Shown in pieces: positions 13,201 through 28,000 of a stretch of DNA of 64,000 bases. The DNA lies in NCBI GenBank assembly GCA_964016885.1, contig OZ024740.1, forward strand, positions 438,898,001 to 438,962,000, read 5' to 3'. The notes under the pieces are model-generated. The model ran no database searches. It worked only from the letters and a program-made list of their open reading frames with translations, and was not told the origin of the DNA. Positions within the stretch are counted from its first letter, which is position 1, and the number at the start of each line of letters is the position of its first letter. Both the position numbers and the translations under genes were made by a program. Source of the DNA: Eledone cirrhosa. Taxonomy: Eukaryota.

Positions 13201-16200
13201 AATTAGAGAGTACGGTGTGGTTCACTTCACAAGTGTACATAGACTGTACGGTATGGTACACTTCACAACTGTACATAGACTGTATGGTATGGTACACTTC
13301 ACAACTGTACAGAGATAGTATGGTATGGTACACTTCACAACTGTACATATACTGTAAGGTATGGTACACTTGACAATTGTACATAGACAGTATGGTCTGG
13401 TATACTTCACAATTGTACATAGACTGTATGATATGGCACACTTCACAACTGTACATAGACTGTATGGTATGGTACATTTCACAACTGTACATAGACTGTA
13501 CGGTGTCGTACACTTCACAACTGTACATAGACTATATGATATGGTACACTTCACAGCTGTACATAGACAGTATGGTATGATACACTTCGCAACTGTACAT
13601 AGACAGTATGGTATGGTACACTTCACAACTGTGCAAAGACAGTATGGTATGGTACTCTTCACAACTGTACATAGACAGTACGGTATGGCACACTTCGCAA
13701 CTGTACATAGACAGTATTGTATGGTACACTTCACAACTGTACATAGACTGTATGGTATGGTACACTTCACAGCTGTACATAGACTCTAAGGTATGGTACA
13801 CTTCACAACTGTACATAGACTGTATGGTATGCTACACTTCACAACTGTACATAAACAGTATGGTATGGTACACTTCACAAATGTACATAGACTGTATGGT
13901 ATGGTATACTTCACAATTGTACATAGACTGTATGGTATGGTACACTTGACAACTGTACATAGAGTGTATGGTATGGTACACTTCACAATTTTACATAGGC
14001 TGTATGGTATGGTACAATTTACAAACGTACATAGCCTGTACGCTATGGTACACTTCACAACTGTACATAGACTGTATGGTATGCTACACTTCACAACTGT
14101 ACATAAACAGTATGGTATGGTACACTTCACAAATGTACATAGACTGTATGGTATGGTATACTTCACAATTGTACATAGACTGTATGGTATGGTACACTTG
14201 ACAACTGTACATAGAGTGTATGGTATGGTACACTTCACAATTGTACATAGACTGTATGGTATGGTACAATTCACAAACGTACATAGCCTGTACGCTATGG
14301 TACACTTCACAACTGTACATAGACTGTATGGTATGGTATGGTACACTTCCTAACTGTACATAGATTGTACGGTATGGTACACTTCGCAACTGTACATAGA
14401 CTGTACGGTGTGGTATGGTACACTTCACAAATGTACATAGACTGTATGATATGGACACTTCCTAAATGTACATAGACTGTATGGTAAGGTACACTTCACA
14501 ACTGTACATAGACTGTACGGTATGGTACACTTCATAACTGTACATAGACTGTACGGTATGGTACACTTCACAACTGTACATAGACAGTATGGTATAGTAC
14601 ACTTCACAACTGTACATAGACTGTACGGTATGGTACACTTCACAACTGTACATAGACTGTATGGTATGGTACACTTCACAACTGTACATAGACTGTATGG
14701 TATGGCACACTTGCTAACTGTACATAAACTGTACGGTATGGTACACTTCGCAACTGTACATAGACTGTACGGTGTGGTATGGTACACTTCACAACTGTAC
14801 GGTGTGGTATGGTACACTTCACAACTGTACATAGACTGTACGATATGGTACACTTCACAACTGTACATAGATAATATGGTATGATACACTTCGCAACTGT
14901 ACATAGACAGTATGGTATGGTACACTTCACAACTGTACATAGACAGTATGGTATGGTACTCTTCACAACTGTACATAGACAGTACGGTATGGCACACTTC
15001 GCAACTGTACATAAACAGTATGGTATGGTACACTTCACAACTGTGCATAGACAGTATGGTATGATACACTTCACAACTGTACATAGACAGTATGGTATGG
15101 TACACTTCACAACTGTACATAGACAGTATGGTATGGTACAGTTCACAACTGTACATATACTGTAAGGTATGGCACACTTCAGAACTGTACATAGACTGTA
15201 TGGTATGGTACACTTGAGAGCTGTACATAGACTCTAAGGTATGGTACACTTCACAACTGTACATAGACTGTATGGTATGCTACACTTCACAACTGTACAT
15301 ATACTGTACGGTATGGTACACTTCACAACTGTACATAGAGAGTATGGTATGGTACACATCACAACTGTACATAGAATGTACGGTATGGTACACTTCACAA
15401 CTGTACATAGACTGTATGGTATGGTACATTTCACAACTGTACATAGACTGTACGGTGTGGTACACTTCACAACTGTGCATAGATTGTATGGTATGGTACA
15501 CTTCACAACTGTACATAGACAGTATGGTATGGTACACTTCACAACTGTACATAGACTGTATGGTATGGTACACTTCACAACAGTACATAGACAGTACAGT
15601 GTACAACACTTCACAACTGTACATAGACAGTACGGTATTGTACACTTCACAACTGTTCATAGACTGTATGGTATGGTATGGTGCTCTTTTCAACTGTACA
15701 ATGACTGTATGGTATTGTACACTTCACAAATGTACTAAGACAGTACGGTATTGTACACTTCACCACTGTACATAGACTGTATGGTATGGTATGGTACATT
15801 TCACAACTGTACATAGACTGTATGGTATGGTACACTTCACAACTATACATAGACAGTACGGTGTGGTACACTTCACAACTGTACATAGACAGTATGGTAT
15901 GGTACACTTCACAACTGTAATTAGAGAGTACGGTGTGGTTCACTTCACAAGTGTACATATACTGTAAGGTATGGTACACTTGACAATTGTACATAGACAG
16001 TATGGTCTGGTACTCTTCACATCTGTACATAGACAGTATGGTATGGTACACTTCACAACTGTACATAGACTGTATGATATGGTACACTTCCCAGCTGTAC
16101 ATAGACAGTATGGTATGATACACTTCGCAACTGTACATAGACAGTATGGTATGGTACACTTCACAACTGTGCAAAGACAGTATGGTATGGTACTCTTCAC

Positions 16201-18100
16201 AACTGTACATAGACAGTACGGTATGGCACACTTTGCAACTGTACATAGACAGTATTGTATGGTACACTTCACAACTGTACATAGACTGTATGGTATGGTA
16301 CACTTCACAGCTGTACATAGACTCTAAGGTATGGTACACTTCACAACTGTACATAGACTGTATGGTATGCTACACTTCACAACTGTACATAAACAGTATG
16401 GTATGGTACACTTCACAAATGTACATAGACTGTATGGTATGGTATACTTCACAATTGTACATAGACTGTATGGTATGGCACACTTCACAACTGTACATAG
16501 ACTGTATGGTATGGTACATTTCACAACTGTACATAGACTGTACGGTGTGGTACACTTCACAACTGTGCATAGATTGTATGGTATGGTACACTTCACAACT
16601 GTACATAGACAGTATGGTATGGTACACTTCACAACTCTACATAGACTGTATGATATGGTACACTTCACAACAGTACATAGACAGTACAGTGTCCAACACT
16701 TCACAACTGTACATAGACAGTACGGTATTGTACACTTCACAACTGTTCATAGACTGTATGGTATGGTATGGTGCTCTTTTAAACTGTACAATGACTGTAT
16801 GGTATTGTACACTTCACAACTGTACTAAGACAGTACGGTATTGTACACTTCACCACTGTACATAGACTGTATGGTATGGTATGGTACATTTCACAACTGT
16901 ACATAGACTGTATGGTATGGTACACTACACAACTATACATAGACAGTACGGTGTGGTACACTTCACAACTGTACATAGACAGTATGGTATGGTACACTTC
17001 ACAACTGTAATTAGAGAGTACGGTGTGGTTCACTTCACAAGTGTACATAGACTGTACGGTATGGTACACTTCACAACTGTACATAGACTGTATGGTATGG
17101 TACACTTCACAACTGTACAGAGATAGTATGGTATGGTACACTTCACAACTGTACATATACTGTAAGGTATGGTACACTTGACAATTGTACATAGACAGTA
17201 TGGTCTGGTATACTTCACAATTGTACATAGACTGTATGATATGGCACACTTCACAACTGTACATAGACTGTATGGTATGGTACATTTCACAACTGTACAT
17301 AGACTGTACGGTGTGGTACACTTCACAACTGTACATAGACTATATGATATGGTACACTTCACAGCTGTACATAGACAGTATGGTATGATACACTTCGCAA
17401 CTGTACATAGACAGTATGGTATGGTACACTTCACAACTGTGCAAAGACAGTATGGTATGGTACTCTTCACAACTGTACATAGACAGTACGGTATGGCACA
17501 CTTCGCAACTGTACATAGACAGTATTGTATGGTACACTTCACAACTGTACATAGACTGTATGGTATGGTACACTTCACAGCTGTACATAGACTCTAAGGT
17601 ATGGTACACTTCACAACTGTACATAGACTGTATGGTATGCTACACTTCACAACTGTACATAAACAGTATGGTATGGTACACTTCACAAATGTACATAGAC
17701 TGTATGGTATGGTATACTTCACAATTGTACATAGACTGTATGGTATGGTACACTTGACAACTGTACATAGACTGTATGGTATGGTACACTTCACAATTGT
17801 ACATAGGCTGTATGGTATGGTACAATTCACAAACGTACATAGCCTGTACGCTATGGTACACTTCACAACTGTACATAGACTGTATGGTATGGTATGGTAC
17901 ACTTCCTAACTGTACATAGATTGTACGGTATGGTACACTTCGCAACTGTACATAGACTGTATGGTGTGGTATGGTACACTTCACAAATGTACATAGACTG
18001 TATGATATGGACACTTCCTAAATGTACATAGACTGTATGGTAAGGTACACTTCACAACTGTACATAGACTGTACGGTATGGTACACTTCATAACTGTACA
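10237..18100. repeat. Tandem HOR: 3,556-bp unit, then 3,808-bp unit (3,556 plus a 252-bp internal duplication), then a partial third copy
   Basis: Equivalent ORF starts at 10237, 13793 and 17601. A constant 3,808 offset holds for ORFs between 10276 and 13949. An 84-aa (252-bp) block occurs twice in ORF 13793..14353. Confidence 0.88.
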
Positions 18101-21100
18101 TAGAATGTACGGTATGGTACACTTCACAACTGTACATAGACTGTATGGTATGGTATACTTCACAATTGTACATAGACTGTATGGTATGGTACACTCCACA
18201 ACTGCACATAAACAGTATGGTATGGTACACTTCACAAATGTACACAGACTGTATGGTATGGTATACTTCACAATTGTACATAGACTGTATGGTATGGTAC
18301 ACTTCACAACTGTACATAGCCTGTACGGTATGGTACACTTCACAAGTGTACATAGTCTGTATGGTATGGTACACTTCACAACTGTACATAGACTATAAGG
18401 TGTGGTACACTTCACAACTGTACATAGAATGTATGGTATGGTACATTTCACAATTGTACATAGACTGTATGGTATGGTACACTTCACAACTATACATAGA
18501 CAGTACGGTGTGGTACACTTCACAACTGTACATAGACAGTATGGTATGTTACACTTCACAACTGTAATTAGAGAGTACGGTGTGGTTCACTTCACAAGTG
18601 TACATAGACTGTACGGTATGGTGCACTTCACAACTGTACATAGACTGTATGGTATGGTACACTTCACAACTGTACAGAGACAGTATGGTATGGTACACTT
18701 CACAACTGTACATTTACTGTAAGGTATGGTACACTTGACAATTGTACATAGACAGTATGGTATGGTACTCTTCACATCTGTACATAGACAGTATGGTATG
18801 GTACACTTCACAACTGTACATAGACAGTATCGTATGGTACACTTCACAACTGTACATAGACTGTACGATATGGTACACTTCACAACTGTACATAGACAGT
18901 ATGGTATGATACACTTCGCAACTGTACATAGACAGTATGGTATGGTACACTTCACAACTGTACAAAGACAGTATGGTATGGTACTCTTCACAACTGTACA
19001 TAGACAGTACGGTATGGCACACTTCGCAACTGTACATAGACAGTATTGTATGGTACACTTCACAACTGTGCATAGACAGTATGGTATGATACACTTCACA
19101 ACTGTACATAGACAGTATGGTATGGTACACTTCACAACTGTCTATAGACTGTAAGTTATGGAACCCTTCACAACTGTACATAGACAGTATGGTATGGTAC
19201 ACTTCACAACTGTACATAGACAGTATGGTATGGTACAGTTCACAACTGTACATAGACAGTAAGGTATGGTACACTTCAGAACTGTACATAGACTGTATGG
19301 TATGGTACACTTCACAGCTGTACATAGACTCTAAGGTATGGTACACTTCACAACTGTACATAAACAGTATGGTATGGTACACTTCACAAATGTACATAGA
19401 CTGTATGGTATGGTATACTTCACAATTGTACATAGACTGTATGGTATGGTACACTTCACAACTGTACATAGACTGTATGGTAAGGTACACTTCACAATTG
19501 TACATAGACTGTATGGTATGGTACACTTCACAAACGTACATAGACTGTACGCTATGGTAACCTTCACAATTATACATAGACAGTAGGGTATGGCACACTT
19601 CACAACTGTACATAGACTGTACGGTATGGTACACTTCACAAATGTACATAGGCAGTATGGTATAGTACACTTCACAACTGTACATAGACTGTACGGTATG
19701 GTACACTTCACAACTGTACATATACTGTATGGTATGGTACACTTCACAACTCTACATAGACTGTATGGTATGGTACACTTCCTAACTGTACATAGACTGT
19801 ACGGTATGGTACACTTCACAACTGTACATAGACTGTATGGTATGGTATACTTCACAATTGTACATAGACTGTATGGTATGGTACACTTCACAACTGTACA
19901 TAGACTGTATGGTATGGTACAGTTCACAAATGTACACAGACTGTATGGTATGGTATACTTCAGAATTGTACATAGACTTATGGTATGGTACACTTCACAA
20001 CTGTACATAGACTGTACGGTATGGTACAGTTCACATCTGTACATAGACTGTAAGGTATGGTACACTTCAGAACTGTACATAGACTGTATGGTATGGTACA
20101 CTTGAGAGCTGTACATAGACTCTAAGGTATGGTACACTTCACAACTGTACATAGACTGTATGGTATGCTACACTTCACAACTGTACATATACTGTACGGT
20201 ATGGTACACTTCACAACTGTACATAGAGAGTATGGTATGGTACACTTCACAACTGTACATAGAGAGTATGGTATGGTACACATCACAACTGTACATAGAA
20301 TGTACGGTATGGTACACTTCACAACTCTACATAGACTGTATGGTATGGTACACTTCATAACTGTACATAGACTGTATGGTATGGTACACTTCACAACTGT
20401 ACATAGACTGTATGGTATGGTACATTTCACAACTGTACATAGACTGTACGGTGTGGTACACTTCACAACTGTGCATAGATTGTATGGTATGGTACACTTC
20501 ACAACTGTACATAGACAGTATGGTATGGTACACTTCACAACTGTACATAGACTGTATGGTATGGTACACTTCACAACAGTACATAGACAGTACAGTGTCC
20601 AACACTTCACAACTGTACATAGACAGTACGGTATTGTACACTTCACAACTGTTCATAGACTGTATGGTATGGTATGGTGCTCTTTTCAACTGTGCAATGA
20701 CTGTATGGTATGGTACACTTCACAACTGTACTAAGACAGTACGGTATTGTACACTTCACCACTGTACATAGACTGTATGGTATGGTACACTTCACAACTA
20801 TACATAGACAGTACGGTGTGGTACACTTGACAACTGTACATAGAGAGTACGCTATGGTATGGTACACCTCACAACATTTCATAGACAGTACGGTATGCTA
20901 CACTTCACAACTATACATAGACAGTATGGTATGGTACACTTCACAACTGTACATAGACAGTATGTTATTGTACACTTCACAACTGTCCATAGACAGTACG
21001 GTATGTTACACTTCACAACTGTACATAGACACTATGGTATGGTACACTTCACAACTGTACATAGACAGTATGGTATGGTACACTTCACAATTGTACATAG

Positions 21101-22057
21101 ACTGTACGGAATGGTACACTTCACAACTGTACATAGACTGTAAGGTATGGTACACTTCATAACTGTACATAGACAGTATGGTATGGTACACTTCATAACT
21201 GTACATAGACTGTATGGTATGGTATACTTCACAACTGTTCATAGACTGTAAGGCATGGTACACTTCACAACTGTGCCTAGACAGTATGGTATGATACACT
21301 TCGCAACTGTACATAGACAGTATGGTATTGTACACTTCACAACTGTACATAGACAGTGGGTATGGTACACTTCACAACTGTACATAGACAGTACGCTGAG
21401 GTACACTTCGCAACTGTCCATAGACAGTATGGTATGGTACACTTGACAACTGTACATAGACTGTAAGGTATGGTACACTTCACAACTGTACATAGACAGT
21501 ATGGTATGGTACACTTCACAACTGTAAATAGACCGTATGGTATGTTACACTTCAGAACTGTGCATATACAGTACAGTATGGTACACTTCTCAACTGTATA
21601 TAGACAGTATGGAATGATACACTTGACAACTGTACATAGACTGTATGGTATGGTACACTTCACAACTGTACAGAGACAGTACGGTATGGTATGGTACACT
21701 TCACAACTGTACATAGACTGTAAGGTATGGTAACTTCACAACTGTACATAGACAGTACGGTATGGTATGGTACACTTCACAACTGTACATAGACTGTGAG
21801 GTATGGTACACTTCACAACTGTACATAGACAGTATGGTATGGTACACTTCACAACTGTACATAGACAGTATGGTATGGTACACTTCACAACTGTACATAG
21901 ACAGTATGGTATGCTACACTTCAGAACTGTACATAGACAGTATGGTATGGTACACTACACAAATGTACATAGACTGTATGGTATGGTACACTTCACAACT
22001 TTACATAGACAGTATGGTATGGTACATTTCACAACTGTACATAGACAGTATGGTATG

Positions 22058-25000
22058 GTACACTTTACAACTTTACATAGACGGTATGGTATGGTACACT
22101 TTACAACTGTACATAGACAGTATGGTATGGTACACTGCACAACTGTACATAGACAGTATGGTATGGTACATTTCACAATTGCACATAGACAGTATGGTAT
22201 GGTACACTTTACAACTGTACATAGACGGTATGGTATGGTACACTTCACAAATGTACATAGACTGTACGGTATGGTACACTTCACAACTGTACATAGACTG
22301 TATGGTATGGTACACTTCACAACTGTACATAAACTGTAAGGTAGGGTACACTTCACAACTGTACATAGACTGTAAGGCATGGTAAACTTCACAACTGTAC
22401 ATAGACTGTATGGTATTGTACACTTCACAGCTGTACATAGACTGTAAGGTATGGTACACTTCACAACTGTACATAGACTGTAAGGCTTGGTACACTTCAG
22501 AACTGTACATAGACAGTATGATGTGGTACACTTCACAACTGTACATAGACAGTATGGTATGGTACACTTCGCAAGTGTACATAGACTGTAAGGTATGGTA
22601 CACTTCACAACTGTACATAGACACTATGGTATGGTACACTTCGCAACTGTACATAAACTGTATGGTATGGTACACTTCACAACTGTACATAGACAGTATA
22701 GTATGGTACACTTCACAACTGTACATAGACAGTATGGTATGGTACACTTCACAACTGTACATAGACTGTATGGTATGGTACACTTCATAAATGTACATAG
22801 ACAGTATGGTATGGTATACTTCACAAATGTACATAGACATTATGGTATGTTACACTTCACAACTGTACATAGACAGTATCGTATGGTACACTTCACAACT
22901 GTGCATAGACTGTATGGTATGGTACACTTCACAAATGTACATAGACAGTATGGTATGGTACACTTCACAACTGTACATAGACAGTATGGTATGGTACACT
23001 TCACAACTGTACATAGACAGTATGGTATGGTACACTTCAAAACTGTACATAGACAGTATGGTATGGTACACTTGACAACTGTACATAGACAGTATGGTAT
23101 GGTACACTTCACATCTGTACACAGACAGTATGGTATGATTCACTTCACAACTGTACACAGACAGTATCGTATGGTACACTTCACAACTGTACATAGACAG
23201 TATGGTATGGCACACTTCATAACTGTACATAGACACTATGGTATGTTACACTTAACAACTGTACATAGACTGTACGGTATGGTATGATACACTTAGCAAC
23301 TGTACATAGACAGTATGGTATGGTACACTTCACAACTGTACAGAGACAGTATGGTATGGTACACTTCACAACTGTGCATAGACAGTATGGTATGGTACAC
23401 TTCACAACTGTATATAGACAGTATGATATGGTACACTTAACAACTGTACATAGACCGTATGGTATGGTACACTTCACAACTGTATATAGACTGTAAGGTA
23501 TGGTACACTTCACAGCTGTACATAGACTGTATAGTATGGTACACTTCACAATGTACATAGACAGTATGGTATGGTACACTTCACATCTGTACATAAACAG
23601 TATGGTATGGTACACTTCACAACTGTATATAGACAGTATGGTATGGTACACTTCACAACTGTACATAGACAGTATGGTATGGTACACTTCACAACTGTAC
23701 ATAGACTGTATGGTATGGGACACTTCACAACTGTATATAGACAGTACGGTATGGCACACTTCATAACTGTACATAGACAGTATGGTATGTTACACTTAAC
23801 AACTGTACATAGACTGTACGGTATGGTATGATACACTTAGCAACTGTACATAGACAGTATGGTATGGTACACTTCACAACTGTACATAGACAGTACGGTA
23901 TGGTACACTTCGCAACTGTACATAGACAGTATGGTATGGTACACTTCAAAAATGTGAATAGACAGTATGGTGTGATACACTTCACAACTGTACATAGACA
24001 GTATGGTATGGTACACTTCACAACTGTCTATAGACTGTAAGGTATGGAACCCTTCACAACTGTGCATAGACAGTATGGTATGGTACACTTCACAACTGTA
24101 CATAGACAGTATGGTATGGTACACTTCACAACTATACATAGACTGTATGGTATGGTACACTTCAGAACTGTCATATACAGTATGGTATGATACACTTCAC
24201 GACTGTACATAGACAGTATGGAATGGTACACTTGACAACTGTACATAGACTGTATGGTATGGTACACTTCACAACTGAACATAGACTGTACGGTATAGTA
24301 CACTTCACAACTGTACATAGACAATATGGTACACTTCACAAGTGTACACAGACTGCACGGTTTGGTACACTTCACAACTGTACATAGACTGTACGGTATG
24401 GTACACTTAACAACTGTACATAGACTGTATGGTATGGTACACTTCACAACTCTACATATATTGTAATGTATGGTACACTTCACAACTGTGCATAGACTGT
24501 ATAGTATGGTACACATCACAACTGTACATAGACTGTAACGTATGTTACACTTCACAACTGTACATAGACAGTATGGTATGGTACACTTCACAACTGTACA
24601 TAGACAGTATGGTATCGTACACTTTTTAACTGTACATAAACAGTATGGTATGGTACACTTCGCAAGTGTACATAGACTGTAAGGTATGGCACACTTCACA
24701 ACTGTACATTGACACTATGGTATGGTACACTTCGCAACTGTACATAGAGTGTATGGTATGGTACACTTCATAACTGTACATAGACAGTATGGTATGGTAC
24801 ACTTCACAACTGTACATAGACAGTATGGTATGGTACACTTCACAACTATACATAGACTGTATTGTATGGTACACTTCACAACTGTACATAGACTGTAAGG
24901 TATGGTAAACTTCACAACTGTACATAGACTGTAAGATATGGTACACTTCAGAACTGTACATAGACTGTATGGTATGGTACACTTCACAACTGTACATAGA

Positions 25001-28000
25001 CTGTAAGGTAATGTACACTTCACAACTGTACATAGACAGTATGGTATGGTACACTTCACAACAGTACATAGACAGTAAGTTATGGTACACTTCACAACTG
25101 TACATATACAGTATCGTATGGTACACTTCACAACTGTACATAGACAGTATGGTATGGTACACTTCACAATTGTACATAGACAGTATGGTATGGTACACTT
25201 CACAACTATACATAGACTGTATGGTATGGTACACTTCAGAACTGTCATATACAGTATGGTATGATACACTTCACGACTGTACATAGACTGTATGGTATGG
25301 TACACTTCAGAACTGTACATATACAGTACAGTATGTTACACTTCTCAACTGCACATAGACAGTATGGAATGGTACACTTGACAACTGTACATAGACTGTA
25401 TGGTATGGTACACTTCACAACTGTACAGGGACAGTACGGTATGGTATGGTACACTTCACAACTGTACATAGACTGTAAGGAATGGTAACTTCACAACTGT
25501 ACATAGACAGTATGGTATGGTACACTTCACAACTGTACATAGACAGTATGGTATGGTACACTTCACAACTGTACATAGACTGTATTGTATGGTACACTTT
25601 AAAACTGTACATAGACTGTAAGGTATGGTACACTTTAAAACTGTACATAGACTGTAAGGTATGGTAAACTTCACAACTGTACATAGACAGTATGGTATGG
25701 TACACTTCAGAACTCTACATAGACTGTATGTTATAGTACACTTCACAACTCTACATAGACTGTAAGGTATCGTACACTTCACAACTGTACATAGAGAGTA
25801 TGGTATAGTACACTTCACAACAATACATAGACAGTAAGTTATGGTACACTTCACAACTGTTGATATACAGTATCTTATGGTACACTTCACAACTGTACAT
25901 AGACAGTATGGTATGGTACACTTTACAACTGTCTATAGACTGTAAGGTATGGAACCCTTCACAACTGTGCATAGACAGTATGGTATGGTACACTTCACAA
26001 CTGTACATAGACTGTACGGTATGGTACACTTCACAAGTGTACATAGACTGTATGGTATGGTACACTTCACAACTGTACATAGAAAATATGGCATGTTACA
26101 CTTCAAAACTGTACATAGTCTGTATGGTATGGTACACTTCACAACTGTACATAGACTGTAAGGTATAGTACACTTCACAGCTGTACATAGAATGTATGGT
26201 ATGGTTCACTTCACAACTGTACATAGACTGTAATGTATGGTACACTTCACAACTGTACATAGACTGTATGGTATGGTACACTTCACAACTGAACATAGAC
26301 TGTACGGTATAGTACACTTCACAACTGTACATAGACAGTATGGTACACTTTCACAAGTGTACACAGACTGTACGGTTTGGTACTCTTCACAACTGTACAT
26401 AGACTGTACGGTATGGTACACTTAACAACTGTACATAGATTGTATGGTATGGTACACTTAACAACTGTACATAGACTGTATGGTATGGTACACTTCACAA
26501 CTGTACATATACTGTAATGTACGGTACACTTCACAACTGTGCCTAGACTGTATAGTATGGTACACATCACAACTGTACATAGACTGTAACGTATGGTACA
26601 CTTCATAACTGTACATAGACAGTATGGTATGGTACAGTTCACAACTGTACATATACTGTATGGTATGCTGAACTTCACAACTGTACATAGACGTATCGTA
26701 TGGTACACTTTACAACTGTACATAGACGGTATGGTATGGTACACTTCACAACTGTACATAGACAGTGTGGTATCGTACACTTGTCAACTGTACATAGACA
26801 GTATGGTATGGTACACTCCGCAAGTGTACATAGACCGTAAGGTATGGCACACTTCACAACTGTACATAGACACTATGGTATGGTACACTTCGCAACTGTA
26901 CATAGAGTGTATGGTATGGTACACTTCATAACTGTACATAGACAGTATGGTATGGTACACTTCACAACTATACATAGACTGTATTGTATGGTACACTTCA
27001 CAACTGTACATAGACTGTAAGGTATGGTAAACTTCACAACTGTACATAGACTGTAAGATATGGTACACTTCAGAACTGTACATAGACTGTATGGTATGGT
27101 ACACTTCACAACTGTACATAGACTGTAAGGTAATGTACACTTCACAACTGTACATAGACAGTATGGTATGGTACACTTCACAACAGTACATAGACAGTAA
27201 GTTATGGTACACTTCACAACTGTACATATACAGTATCGTATGGTACACTTCACAACTGTACATAGACAGTATGGTATGGTACACTTCACAATTGTACATA
27301 GACAGTATGGTATGGTACACTTCACAACTATACATAGACTGTATGGTATGGTACACTTCAGAACTGTCATATACAGTATGGTATGATACACTTCACGACT
27401 GTACATAGACTGTAAGGTAATGTACACTTTACAACTTTACATAGACGGTATGGTATGGTACACTTTACAACTGTACATAGACAGTATGGTATGGTACACT
27501 GCACAACTGTACATAGACAGTATGGTATGGTACATTTCACAATTGCACATAGACAGTATGGTATGGTACACTTTACAACTGTACATAGACGGTATGGTAT
27601 GGTACACTTCACAAATGTACATAGACTGTACGGTATGGTACACTTCACAACTGTACATAGACTGTATGGTATGGTACACTTCACAACTGTACATAAACTG
27701 TAAGGTAGGGTACACTTCACAACTGTACATAGACTGTAAGGCATGGTAAACTTCACAACTGTACATAGACTGTATGGTATTGTACACTTCACAGCTGTAC
27801 ATAGACTGTAAGGTATGGTACACTTCACAACTGTACATAGACTGTAAGGCTTGGTACACTTCAGAACTGTACATAGACAGTATGATGTGGTACACTTCAC
27901 AACTGTACATAGACAGTATGGTATGGTACACTTCGCAAGTGTACATAGACTGTAAGGTATGGTACACTTCACAACTGTACATAGACACTATGGTATGGTA

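Larger units (their letters stand above)
1..20800. repeat. Satellite domain 1 (marked by the TGGTGCTCTTT monomer; TACGG variant common)
   Basis: The marker tggtgctcttt...tacaatg is at 1146, 2236, 3906, 8213, 9513, 11871, 12961, 15679, 16769 and 20675. I did not see it after 20.7 kb. Confidence 0.85.
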
